A DNA stretch of 64,000 nt. It comes from Octopus vulgaris. Lineage: Eukaryota. The stretch spans positions 178,994,001 to 179,058,000 of the forward strand of contig OX597815.1 in the NCBI GenBank assembly GCA_951406725.2. The letters run 5' to 3'. Below are positions 39,798 to 51,759 of this stretch, piece after piece (positions within the stretch are counted from its first letter, which is position 1; the number at the start of each line of letters is the position of its first letter). The translations under genes were made by a program, and so were the position numbers. Below the pieces are notes generated by a model. The model saw only the letters and a list, made by a program, of their open reading frames with translations, made no database searches and had not been told where the DNA came from.

Positions 39798-40357
39798 GGG
39801 TCACTGCATAGAATCGAACTCAGCAGTGACCTGAATAATAATAATACTAATAATAATAATGATCAGTGGCTCTCGTGGCTTCTGATTTTAACTGATTAGA
39901 AGTGTTAACATGTACATTGTACATTGTTTTGTCTTGGTATAAAAGATGGGTTACAGCAAATATTCTGCTCGATACCACAGATTTGTTTGTCAATTGTTTG
40001 ACCATAACCAGTTGAGCTAGTCCCTTGGTGGCTGACGATATGTGCATCTTTGATCACGAGCAGAAGTAGTGGGGGAGCATCAAAGCCATGTGTTGAGAAG
40101 GATTCTTTGAGGTTTGAATAATTCACCTTTGGAAACATGGGTGTTTCGTTCAGCATCCTTAAACAACCGTTATTCAGGGACCTTTTGAGCGGGATGGGTT
40201 ACTCGACCAGAAGAAAATTCTAACTGGGCCCCACCTGCAAGGTCATGTGATGTTTATCGTGATATGAGATCATCATGTCGTGCACATATGGTTGTGATGC
40301 ATGTGCCTAGTGTACATTTTACCCCAGTGTCACTTTGATGGCATGCACTGCTCTCTC

Positions 40358-40389
<32 letters not shown>

Positions 40390-40757
40390 TAATAATGATA
40401 ACAATGATAATGATAATGATAATAATATCAACATCGAAAAATAACTTAGGAATGAGAACCCAGGTTCGAAATTTCCCCAAGACACCCGATGAAGGCTGGA
40501 GGGTATATCAGCCGAAACGTTGTGTTAACAACAAACAAAACTAGGACAGATATCCGTCAAATGTAAATAATGTAAATAATATGATAAATGTACATAATTC
40601 ATCATCTCTTAAATATAGAACTGAAGAATGTATTACTGCTGGTCGAAATCAGTCTCTTTGCGTGGGAAAACTTAGTTACTATGATCACGAAAATATTTTG
40701 TTACGGACAAACCGACACACAGAATCACTCATAAATTTTTGTTAGTAAAAATTGTTT
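39323..40757. repeat. ~122-bp direct repeats (39323-39444, 40635-40757) enclosing an inverted pair of hammerhead-bearing segments (39459-39634, 40437-40623)
   Basis: Direct comparison; hammerhead motifs at 39547-39592 (-) and 40481-40526 (+). Confidence 0.85.
39861..40357 (+). mobile_element. Non-coding (AAT)n-associated element
   Basis: Matches 55993-56559; (AAT)n on both sides. Confidence 0.85.
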
Positions 40758-40815
40758 GATGCAAGTTTGACTGTGAGTCATGACGTGGGTATACACGTCT
40801 GGTGTAAAATGGTAT

Positions 40816-41197
40816 TGGAAGCGCAATCGCCCAGTGGTTAGGGCAGCGAACTCGCGGCCGTAGGATCGCGGGTTCGATTCCCAGACCGGGCGTTGTGAGT
40901 GTTTATTGAACGAAAATACCTAAAGCTCCACGAGGCACCGGTAGGGGGTTGCAGCGAACCTTGCTGTACTCTTTCACCACAACATTCTCTTACTCTTTCT
41001 TCCTGTTTCTGTTGTACCTGTATTTCAAAGGGCCAGCCTTGTCATATTCTGTGTCATGCTGAATCTCCCCCGAGAACTACGTTAAGGGTACACGTGTCTG
41101 TGGAGTGCTCAGCCACTTGTACGTTAATTTCACGAGCAGGCTGTTCCGTAGATCAGATCAATTGGAACCCTCATCGTTGCAACCGACGGAGTGCCAC
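40816..41197 (+). mobile_element. Full-length SINE family D, tail variant 2
   Basis: A and B boxes; ends CGTTGCAACCGACGGAGTGCCA. Confidence 0.9.
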
Positions 41198-41454
41198 GAT
41201 AAAATGATATTATGCAAATAAATAGTTGATTGTGGTAATCTAACAATAACTTATTGCAGAAATACATGTTAACACAGAAACGCATTCCGTACTACTCGGA
41301 CGTAGGTTCGATACTTGGTATTCACTGTTGAACTACCGTCTATTAAACCAACACGCGTCGGACTTTTCTAAACTAAGCACAAGACAGACAAAATACCGCT
41401 AAACATTTCGCCCGGCTTGCTAACGTTTCTGCCAGCTCGCCACCATTTAAAGAA

Positions 41455-41825
41455 TCTTTTCTACTCTAGGCAAAAGGCCCGAAATTTTTGGGGAGGAGTC
41501 AATCTATTAGATGGACCCAAGTACGCAATTGGTACTTAATTAATCGACTCCGAAAGGATGAAAGGCAAAGTCGACCTTAGCGGAATTTGAACTCAGAACG
41601 TAACGGCAGACGAAATACCTATTTCTTTACTACCAAACAAGGATAGACAAACGGATTAAGTCGATTACATCGACCCCAGTGCGTAACTGGTGCTTATTTA
41701 ATCGACCCCGAAAGGATGAACGGCAAAGTCGACCTTGGCGTAATTTGAACTCAGAACGTAGCAGCAAACGAAATACGGGTACGCATTTCGCCCGGCGTGC
41801 TAACGTTTCTGCCACCTTGCCGCCA
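41455..41825 (-). mobile_element. SINE-M composite (shortened tail A + tail B)
   Basis: Junction AAAGAAATA|GGTATTTCG at 41620/41619. Confidence 0.9.
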
Positions 41826-44174
41826 TCTAAGATTTTCCTAACCCAAACAAACGAATGCTATGTGTAATGCTAAATTCCGTAGGGCATTTGAGTAACGGCA
41901 TTATTGCCCCAAATCCCAGTGGAGGGGGACTATGCATATTCTATTGTTAAAGTGAATTCCTTACTTGTTGAGGAAAGTGGTTCCTTTATTTCATTATAAC
42001 GTCAACTATTTATCGGGAGAAGTCTTTAATCCCCACTCTAATCTTATGTCGGATAATGACGCTATAAATAAGTCGTTTTGTGTTAAGTTTAATGCTATGG
42101 CCAGAGTAGTTGTCTTCATTAACTTCTCCTTCTTGTAAGTTTACTGTAGTGCAGGATAAGGATTGCCCAATTTGGGTTTCATTTAGATGTTTGCGCATTA
42201 ATTTATAGATCAAACTGCCCTCTGTGTCTGTGGTTGTGCTTTTATCATTGTTATACAGTGCAGCTAATTAATTATTAATGTTTATTATTGCAAATAATAC
42301 TTAGTGATTTTGTATGTTATCTTCTTTGAACGAGAAAGAGATAGCGCCAACATTAATGTTCGCTAACAACGGAACTTTCCAGTCACAGAAATTTGGTATT
42401 GTCGAAACGAAGTTAATTACTTGTAGTACAAATCTAAATTCCTTTATAAATGTCGAGGTTTAATTCCAGTGAATTAAGATAAAAGACTGATTGTTCTAAG
42501 TAATGTAGTCATCAATCAATAATGGCAAGATTTCGATTTCCAGGAAGGCGCATCCTATTATATAAGAAATCAATTGACTATAGATCATCTACTTGCAAGT
42601 TATTTCTTTATAATCTTCTATAAGAATCTTAAAATTGAAGCAACACCCATATAAAATCGGAATCTTACAATTTAGAGAATATCTGTAAAGAGATCAGAAC
42701 AATATTTGACGTGCTGCACCCAAACGCTGGCTTTGTAGGTGTCCACATTGGAAATTTAGTTTCAAAGTAGTGTTACGGATCAATGAGAAGTACGGAAAGA
42801 CCTTACAGCTGTTTCCGTTATGGCACACAAATTTCGGTCAGCCTAACCAATCTTGAATTCAGTGGCGTAAGGCAAGGGATAAGTACATGCGAACGAATCG
42901 CCGCTTTGAATCATTAACACAAAAGAGGGAGATCAATATAAAGCTGCGTTGTGTCTTTTTATCGTAAATCGATTATTGAGAATGAGTATACAAATCATTC
43001 TTATGTTTATAGATCTAACTTTCGTTTGGGGGTAGTTAGCTTGAAATATATCATCAACAATATTCACTTTCTTTAAAGGAAAATAAGGAAAATTAATAGA
43101 ATATAATCACTCTAAGAGATAATCGCCAGAATTCGAAAAGACTACATCAGCAAAAAATCAATAAAATGAAAAGAAAAGGGGGGAAAAAAAAACAAAGAAT
43201 TTTAACGTGTCGAGAAAAAATAAAACAAAACATTCATAAAGTTTAGAACCACTTATCGGAGAGTGACGGGTTTATTCGAAAAAGCACTCTGTGTCAAATG
43301 GTAAAATAATTCTTTCTCTCATTGTACATTAACATTCTTCGCGTTTTGCTTTTTACGAAAAGTGAAATGCATCTGAAAATATAAGATAAATGACTAAATG
43401 CGTAAACGCCGTATTTTCCAGAAGCTTTATCTTTTAATCCATTGCCATTACCAGAATGCTAGCGTTCCATAATTCGGTAGAGGAGTGTTTCTCAGTTTTG
43501 CAGTCGAAAGAAAGAGAGCTGTAAGTTTTTAGTTATGAGCTTGCACAGGCATAAAACATTGAAGAAGATGAAACGTGTACGGATCAAAGAACTAAGGACC
43601 GCCCCCACCACTAGCAATACCTACTACTACTACTACTACTACTACTGCCTTTATTTGCTATCAGAGGGTCAAAAACACGATGTGTGTTGGGAAGGGGGAA
43701 AAGATGTTATATGATAAATATAATATAATACAGGCGCAGAAATGACTTCGTGGTGAGAGATTTGCTTCCTAATCACATAGTTGGGGTTCAGTTACATTGC
43801 GTAGCATCTTGGGAAAGTGTCTTCTACTACATCCCCGGTCTACATACACACACACACATACACACACACACACACACTCTCTCTCTCCCCCACACACACT
43901 CACACACATACTCTCTCTCTCTCACTCACACACACACACACAAACACACACATATAAGGAATACAAGACAAGGTAGAAAATGCTAAAATAATTTTATCAC
44001 GAAATACATTTTGTGACGGTTGGTACCGGATTCTGTCTTTTTGACTTTTTCAACTAAGAGTAAAACAAAGGTGGATATTAATTAAGAAGAAAAACAATTA
44101 AATTTGAAGAAAGAATTAAATGAAATGGTTTGTAAATATTTCCATAGTCTTCAAATAAGTAGGACATTTCCCTT

Positions 44175-44232
<58 letters not shown>

Positions 44233-45440
44233 CACATCTAGCGCTCAAATGATTCGAACTAAGACTCCGATGTCTTTACGAGGGACCAATTCCACGGGTT
44301 AAAGAGTGGCTATACGACGAATCCAGGTGAGCAGATATGGAACCAATTATCCGGATTATCCGAATAATCGAGCTCTCAGTGACAGACATTCGGTTGCGTC
44401 ATAACAGCCAGCAATCTCCCATCAATGATGTGTAGATTATCGGCGTCCACTCAGGCACTGGTGCCGTTAATAGCCAATAGGCTATTGGTATTAATACTAC
44501 TTCGGTGGCTATTAATTTTTTAAAATAAACCCACTTGCTATTTGTGACGACATTTATATACATCGTTGACGGGAGGTTCGGCAGTTATGACGTGACCCGA
44601 TGTCTGTCACTGAAATGCCACAAAGAGGCCAAAATCACGTATTCTGGCAGTTCCGGCGGTCATCGTAGACGATTTTCGCCTACCAGTGATATAATTACGT
44701 GTGTTTCTATTCACCACGAGTCCGTATGAAAGATCCTATCAAAATAAATAACGTAGAAGTCTGTGTTAATGACACAACCTCCACTTTAAGTTGGAGATCA
44801 AGATTGCCCTTTCTAAACTGTACACAGTTTTTCTTTTGGATCCTTGTGAATTCAGAGCCTCTTCTATCCTCTTAAAGGCATTCCACTGGTGCTCACCTCC
44901 AGCAATGGTCTTTCCAGCCTTCATCTGCTTCTCGTTTGGGAGCGGCGATACTTTGACTGAAGGTGATGGCGTAACAGCGCCATATGAGGCCTGCTGTTGT
45001 TGTTGATGGATTTGCTGACGTTTCATTTGTTCGTTGTTGATATTTATTTTCAGCCAAAGTTAGCCCTGATCCAGCCGATCTATGGGCAATGACATTCCAG
45101 TCGTGACCATTTCATTTTTTAAAATTCAGACTGTTTTATTCAAAGTAATCTTCCTTTTAAAAGCGTGTGTGTTTTTAGGGAGATTTTGGTTGATATTTCT
45201 AGCAGCTAGTGTCCCTGCAAAGGAGGAGCACACTCTATAGTTTTAAAAAGGAATGGAAAGAAAAGTTCTGAGTTCGAATCAAATCCTCTTCTATGCCTAC
45301 TTTCGATGGCGACAGGAAATAAAACTAGCCAAAACGTAGAGTAAATGCAAATGTTAAAATAATTCCTAATTTGTAAAGAGGAGATTATGAACCCGAAAAC
45401 AAAATTATAATCATAATAAAAGTAACTCAATCATTTAGAT

Positions 45441-45781
45441 ACGTGGTTCTCAACTGAGGTCCACATGGCCCCTTAGGGGTCCATATCATTTTTTTTTGGG
45501 GTGGCTGCCCACATAAGCAAAATAGTAAATTGGGGACACACAGTGATATATTAAGGGCCAATGATAAAGTTTTGTTTTTGATGTATTTATTGCAAGAAAC
45601 AGAATTCTTTTTCTCACGTTTACATAGTTCAACCTCCACAAGTTAAAGTGTGAAAAATAGTTTTGAAAGAAATTATCTATAAAACTAGTTTTAAAACATC
45701 GAAAGGCTATGGGGATCCACCAGAATAGAATAGTAATTATAAGGAGTCCACAGGTAAAAAAGAAAAGGATGAGAACCTCTG
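45441..45781. mobile_element. hAT (Charlie-type) MITE
   Basis: Ends GTGGTTCTCAAC / GATGAGAACCTCTG; 8-bp TSD ATTTAGAT / ATTTAGAC. Confidence 0.7.
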
Positions 45782-47223
45782 ATTTAGACATACGCTAGTA
45801 ATAGTTTCTCATATCGATATAAGATCATACGTTTTGAGATTAGGCGAGGGTCAGTTTAATCGATACAAAACCGATTGGTATTATTTTGTCGCTCCTTGAA
45901 TAATGAAGCATAATTCAATCTGAGGCTAAAACAACAACAATAACAATTAAAAACCGTTGTTTTATAAAATTCCGATCGGAGGAAAGTGATGTTAATATAA
46001 ATCACAAGAATGTGTGAAAGTGAAAGTAAAAGTAGATGCCAGTTCTCATGAACAGATGTTATTACATAAAACTATCATGAAAAACAATTTCTTCTGGTAG
46101 GCATAGCAATCACAGCAGATAACATTATATCAGCGAAGAAAATTGGAGAAATTCTCCTCATCCAAAGGAGTGGAAAAAGAAATAGCCTGAATGTCGGCGT
46201 TGAAAGCAGAAACAATCTATATACAAAAATAGGTAGAATGTTTGATGAAATAAAATATGTAATCAAACACCCAACGTTTAGACATACATTTTGCATACAA
46301 AAAAACAAAACAGTATTATTGGAAACATTACATAAATAGCAATAAAAAAATATCACACATGTGTGCGCGCTCACACATACGCATACACAAATATAAACGC
46401 ACACACTCACACAAACATACACAAATACAAGCACATACATACACACACGGTAAAAGCACAGAATCGTATGAAGCAATGAGGAAAGGACGTAGGAAAGAAA
46501 AAAAGATTATTTCTAAACATACAAGACTGAAATTTGTTCGGAAAAGACAGCTAGAATAGACAGACTGACCCTAGTACTTGAATGTTATCTTAAATTATTA
46601 GTTTCAAAGTTTTCCACAAGGCCAGCAAGTTCGGGGGGCGGGGTGGGAGTCAGTCGATTACATCGACCACAGTAATCAGCTGGTACTTATTTTATTGACC
46701 CCAAAAAGATAAAAGGCAAAGTGGACATCGGGGTAATTTCAATTCAGAATGCAAAGACAGACACAACATGTCCGGCCTTCTGACAATTATTAATCCTGAA
46801 ATCATAAATGGTAAAATATAACTCAATGTAAAGAGCCATAACAAATACCACAAGGCATTTTGTTCGACGCACTCACGATTTTACCAAAAATAATAATTGC
46901 TTTTACTTTAGGCATAAAAACTAGTAAATTATTAGGGGAGTGGGAGGTTAGTCAATGACATTGGCCCCAATACTTAACTCGTACCTTATTTTATTGACCC
47001 TAAAAGAAAGGCAGGAAAAATTAGCGTTAATGAGGTTAGAACTTAGAAAGTAGACTAGGAGCAAATACCAATATGATTTTGTCCGATTCTCCAATGATTC
47101 TTCCAGTCCAAAGATTTCTAACATGGGTACCAGTTCACAGGATTTTAGGACACTGGATACTCCACTCCCCCCAGCAGTTACAATATTCTCTTTCTGTCTA
47201 TGAGGTGATTATATTTTGGTCTG

Positions 47224-49883
47224 TTATTACTTCCGCCTTCGCTAAGGCAGAGGCATTGTTTTCAGTCGTGTTTGTTTGTTGGTCCGTGGACTAGATATCT
47301 CAAGAACCGCGGGATGGATTCGAATGAAACTTTCAGAGATGTTTGGCCTCGTGATTGGCACGAACTGATTATATTTTGGGATCTGTTTTTTATATTACCT
47401 ATGCGGGCCAACATAGAGGGGACAACACAACATGATCGGGGTCACATACAAACGGATGATATAATAAAAGTTTACGTGCATAATGAAGTCGAATGAATTA
47501 CAACACAATATATTACAAACAGTAATTACAAAATGTAAGACCTAGAAGACCCGTCGCCATTTGACCATGTCCACAATGGAGCGTTCGGGAATTCTAGTAG
47601 GAATCTACTAGCTGAAAGTGACTTAGTAGATTCCGGAAGCCTATGTTCGGTTTTCAATTAGGATTCGAGCCAACACTATCCACGCGCGCATCAAGAATAG
47701 TGTTAAAGTCCCCTAACACAACTAGTGAACGTGACGTGCCGAGAAATTTCTCTAAATCTCAGTAATAATCAGTCTGACTTGAATTAGGTGCATAAACTGC
47801 AACCAGCTTGATTTCCTTACCACCACCGAACGTCAGATCTAAAACGACCAGCCTACCTTCTGCATCAGAAAAATATTCAACTTTTTCTCTGAAACTCGGT
47901 TTCTTTTAAGTAGGACCAACACCCCACCCTGTCACCCTGCGGGCCTGACGAAGTAAACCCCTCGTAGGCACACAGGAGCGGGAGCAGATCTCTTGGCCCT
48001 TTTAAACGAGTTTCAGTAGCAACAATGACATCTTAACCTCGTGCTCAGACGTAATTTAGGAAACGTCCTTGTTTCCAGCTCCACGCCAGACTACGTACAT
48101 TTATAAATCCTACGTGAAGAGCCAATAAAGCGACTTACCTCAGTCGGTGTCTGGAGAAGGAGGGTTATCCGTCTCTGTTTCTTTTTGTCGGGCTCGCGGT
48201 GCCGGAGTGACGAGGCCCTCATATAGATTATCGGTAATGTCCATTCTGAGAAGGCATACATCCTTGCGAAATTCGTTAGCCAACATTTTATAGCCTTTCT
48301 TATCAGTCTTGTAAATATCAAATCCGTTCGAACTTTCTGTGTTTTCTATTTTTTTGGCATGAATCACTGCCAGGCGGTTCGCTAGATCTCGATTCGAGCT
48401 GCAAACCGCTATGTAGCAATTTTCTTCTTCTCTCTTTCTTGGTTTTTTAAATTGTCTCGATTCAGATATTATTTTTTGTTTTTCCCTTTCCTTTTCAGGG
48501 GTGGGGGTGGATTCATTTTTCTCTTGTACTTTACCAGTTCCCACCCCTCCCCTGCTTTTTCCTCTGGTATCGGTATTTATTCCGCCGGTGTCGCTGCATT
48601 CTCTTCTACTTCCTTTGCTTTCTCGGATTCATTAGCCTTGCAGTCCGTCCTGAGGTGGCCCTTTTTACCACACTGGAAGCATCGAGGTTGGCGACCCTCT
48701 ATCACGACCACCAAATCGGGTCTCACCAACCTCGATAATCTCTGTTATTTCTTCCAGCGTGGTCTGCTCGGCTTGCATCACAATTCGAAGGCCTTGGCCA
48801 TGTAAGTTGCGTGGCTCCATCATGGCAGCTTCCAATACGGATATTTTGTCTTCTAGATCCATAATAACTGCTGCGACGAGCCACTCTGGGTTCACCTCAG
48901 GGAGAATGTTACTTATTGTAGCTCTTGACGTACCACCTCTTCGGTTTTTAAAGGGTCGACTGAATTTAGTCGGGCTGCCTCTTCTGACTCCATTCTTACT
49001 TCGACGGTTGCATACCGCCTACCTCTGTTTACGTATTTCCCCAGGTGCCATATAGGCTTTAGACACTTCTCAATTTCACTCCCCACAACATAGTCTATCT
49101 TCTTTTCCTTCACCTTGTATTTCTTATAAATGAGAGTTTTCTTCTCTAAATCTTGTTGAATATCTTTTGGAGGGGCTACTTTAACTTCATTCCCCTCCTT
49201 CGTTAATAATTCCTTGTGTTTTTCTATGTTGTTCAGGTTAAGCTTTTTAACTTTCGTGCCTGCCGCAGCAGCAAAATCCGTTTTTCTCGATTTATTTTCT
49301 CATTTTTTTTCTTTTGTACACAAACTTGCAACGTCAATATTTTTTTTGACGTCGATGGTCTAGGTGGGGTATTCTTAGTTTCTTCTTTTATTAATGTTTT
49401 TTCCACAATCCTTTCCAATTCCTCTTCACTCAATAACCGTTCTATATTTAGTTCATTCGAGCTTGCCATAATGCAAGCTTCCCCACACGAAAGAAAAAGT
49501 TTTCAAAAATAATCCAACAATGGTTTCAACAAGTAACCAAATGCTTTCAACAAATAACATTTTCAAAAGTTCAAAACAATAAAACGCCCACCTCCTCGTA
49601 AACTGCAAAGCAATCCCACAATAAATTCACGACATAACTTCGCACGCACTGATTAGATTTTCGGATCAATCTGGTACAGGATAAGGATTCTAGATTATTT
49701 TCCCTGCTTTTTTTCTTTTAACTTAATTTTTGAGAGCGGTCGGGTTCATTTTTAGTATTCTCGTTTGTGAGAGCAGTCGAGTTTATTTTAGATATTCTCA
49801 TCTTAAAAATCATCTCCAGCTAATCATTGAGAGAACACTGGTGTTGCCAGAGTGGAGGTTTGCGCATTCTGAGTGCTCTTGTT
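47224..49883 (+). mobile_element. Helentron-associated (HINE/DINE-like) short element split by a LINE insertion (parts 47224-47383 and 49642-49883)
   Basis: Start TTATTACTTCCGCCTT..AAGGCAGAGG, GTTT microsatellite, GGATTCGAATGAAACTT; end GGAGGTTTGCGCATTCTGAGTGCTCTTGTT hairpin. Confidence 0.65.
47385..49641 (-). mobile_element. Internally deleted L1/Tx1-like LINE: 5' UTR, decayed ORF1, APE endonuclease fragment, 3' end, A tail
   Basis: ORF1 from ~49469 with zinc knuckle CFQCGKKGHLRTDC (~48640-48682); endonuclease motifs INVRSL, DVIVATETR, EGRLVVLD, VAVYAPN, VVLGDFN (48110-47600); no RT; flanked by ~26-bp imperfect duplication at 47358-47383 / 49642-49667. Confidence 0.85.
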
Positions 49884-49896
49884 GTTGTTGTTGTTG

Positions 49897-50515
49897 TTAA
49901 GGCTGCAAGCTGGCAGAATCGTTAGCACGATGGACAAAATGCCCGTCGTTATGTTCTGAGTTCAAATTCCGCCGAGGTCGACTTTGCCTTTCATCCTTTC
50001 AGGGCCGATAAAATAAGTACCAGTGAAACACTGGGGTCGATGTAATCGTCTAGTCCCTCTCCCTCAAAACTGCTGCTCTGTGGCAAAATTTGAAACCATT
50101 ATCATTATTATTAAGGCGGCGAGCTGGCAGAGTCGTTAGCGTGTTGGGTGAAATGCTTAGCGGTATTTCGTCCGTCGCTACTTTCTGAGTTCAAATTCCA
50201 CCGATGTCGACTTCGCCTTTCGTCATTTCGGGGTCGATAAATTAAGTATCAGTGAAACACTGGGGTCGATGTAATCGAGTTAATCCCCTCCCCCAAGCTG
50301 CCTTTGTGGCAAAAATTTGAAATCATTGTTATTATTAAGGCGGCGAGCTGGCAGAATCGCTACCATGCCTGGCGAAATGCTTAGCCGGTGTCGACTTTGC
50401 CTTTCATCTCTTCGGGGTCGATAAATTAAGTACCAGTGAAACACTGGGATCGATCTAATAGACTAGCCCCTCCTCCAAATTTCAGGCCCTGTGCCTATAG
50501 GAGAAAAGATTATTA
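49897..50515 (+). mobile_element. Three head-to-tail SINE-M copies separated by (ATT)n
   Basis: Heads at 49898, 50113 and 50337, each preceded by a TTA/TTG repeat. Confidence 0.9.
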
Positions 50516-50710
50516 TTAATACTATTATTATTAGTTCGTCTATCACATGGGAGAAAAAGACGTGGCGCAGTGTGACCGGTTGGGTCCTATCAGTCTGATG
50601 CGGGCTCAGAAAGCTCTATCGCAGGTCGGGCACTGGTGGTGTAAGCATACGTTCAAGTAGTCTGGACCTCCAGACCGGATCAGTTTGAATTATACTTATT
50701 TTATCGAATA

Positions 50711-51013
50711 CTAGCAGTATTGCCCGGCGTTGCTCGGGTTTGTAAGGGAAATAACTATATAAGCATTTTTAGAGAGTTACTTCCCTTACATAATAGCAAA
50801 AGAATGCATTAAAAATGGGAAAAAATGATGGTAAATTTTTTTTAAAATCGTAGACTCATCGTAGATGTGCGCTAATACCCAGAAGGGCTCGATATGAATC
50901 ACGACTATAAGATACCCGGTTTTGGTTACACTGCACCGCAAAATGTGGGAGTAGTTAGGAATCTAAATCGTAGGAGACAGACACTCACACAACTTCACTT
51001 TTATATATAAAGA
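50711..51013 (-). mobile_element. Non-autonomous Helitron
   Basis: Minus strand A|TCTTTATATATAAAAG ... hairpin CCCGAGCAACGCCGGG ... CTAG|T, the canonical TC/CTAG ends in an A|T target. Confidence 0.85.
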
Positions 51014-51194
51014 TAATAGATCGGAGTTGGGATTTGAACTGAGACCGACCGACTAATTCTGCCCTCACTTCTTCGTAACTCTCACAATTCGCTTGGTCTA
51101 TTTAGCTAGTATAATAAAACTATACTGCAAAAAGAAAAAGAAAAAAAAAAGAGAGGTTAATCATTTATATTACATTGTGGTATTTGTGGCAGTC

Positions 51195-51275
51195 TGAATC
51201 TACTGACCAATCAGAACGGCTAATTAGCACGACAATCACGTGACAAGGTAGCGGATTTCTTCCGTTCGTTTCTCA
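51195..51275. promoter_or_regulatory. Candidate promoter: CCAAT box + palindromic E-box
   Basis: TGACCAATCAGA (~51204), TCACGTGAC (~51236) and TTCTTCCG ETS-like motif in unique, relatively CpG-rich sequence; motif evidence only. Confidence 0.35.
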
Positions 51276-51459
51276 TTAATTAATTCGAATTCATCAGCGT
51301 CTAACAACGGACCCAGAATCATTTTATGTATTCTTTCGAGATGTTTATTGCCTTCGTATCTTTATGACACCGAAGGGTGTTAATTTCTCGTTTTACTGTT
51401 TTCGCGGTAACAACCGTCTTCATAATGACGACGACGGCAAGGAAGACATCGACGAACAG

Positions 51460-51492
<33 letters not shown>

Positions 51493-51545
51493 TATCGTCG
51501 TCATCGTCGTCATCATCATCATCATCATCATCGTCATCATCATCA

Positions 51546-51576
<31 letters not shown>

Positions 51577-51695
51577 CGTCAGCCTCCTCCTCCTCATCGT
51601 CGTCGTCGTCATCATCATCATCGTCATCATCATCGTCGTCGTCATCATCGTCGTCATCATCATCATCGTCATCATCGTCGTCATCATCATCGTCG

Positions 51696-51759
<64 letters not shown>

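Noticed and set aside
42790-42815. GAAACAGCTGTA half-hammerhead on the minus strand
   Set aside because: No upstream CTGANGA found; not counted as a ribozyme
44766-45026. 86-aa Gln-rich ORF as a host exon
   Set aside because: No recognisable domain or convincing splice context; lies beside probable LINE debris
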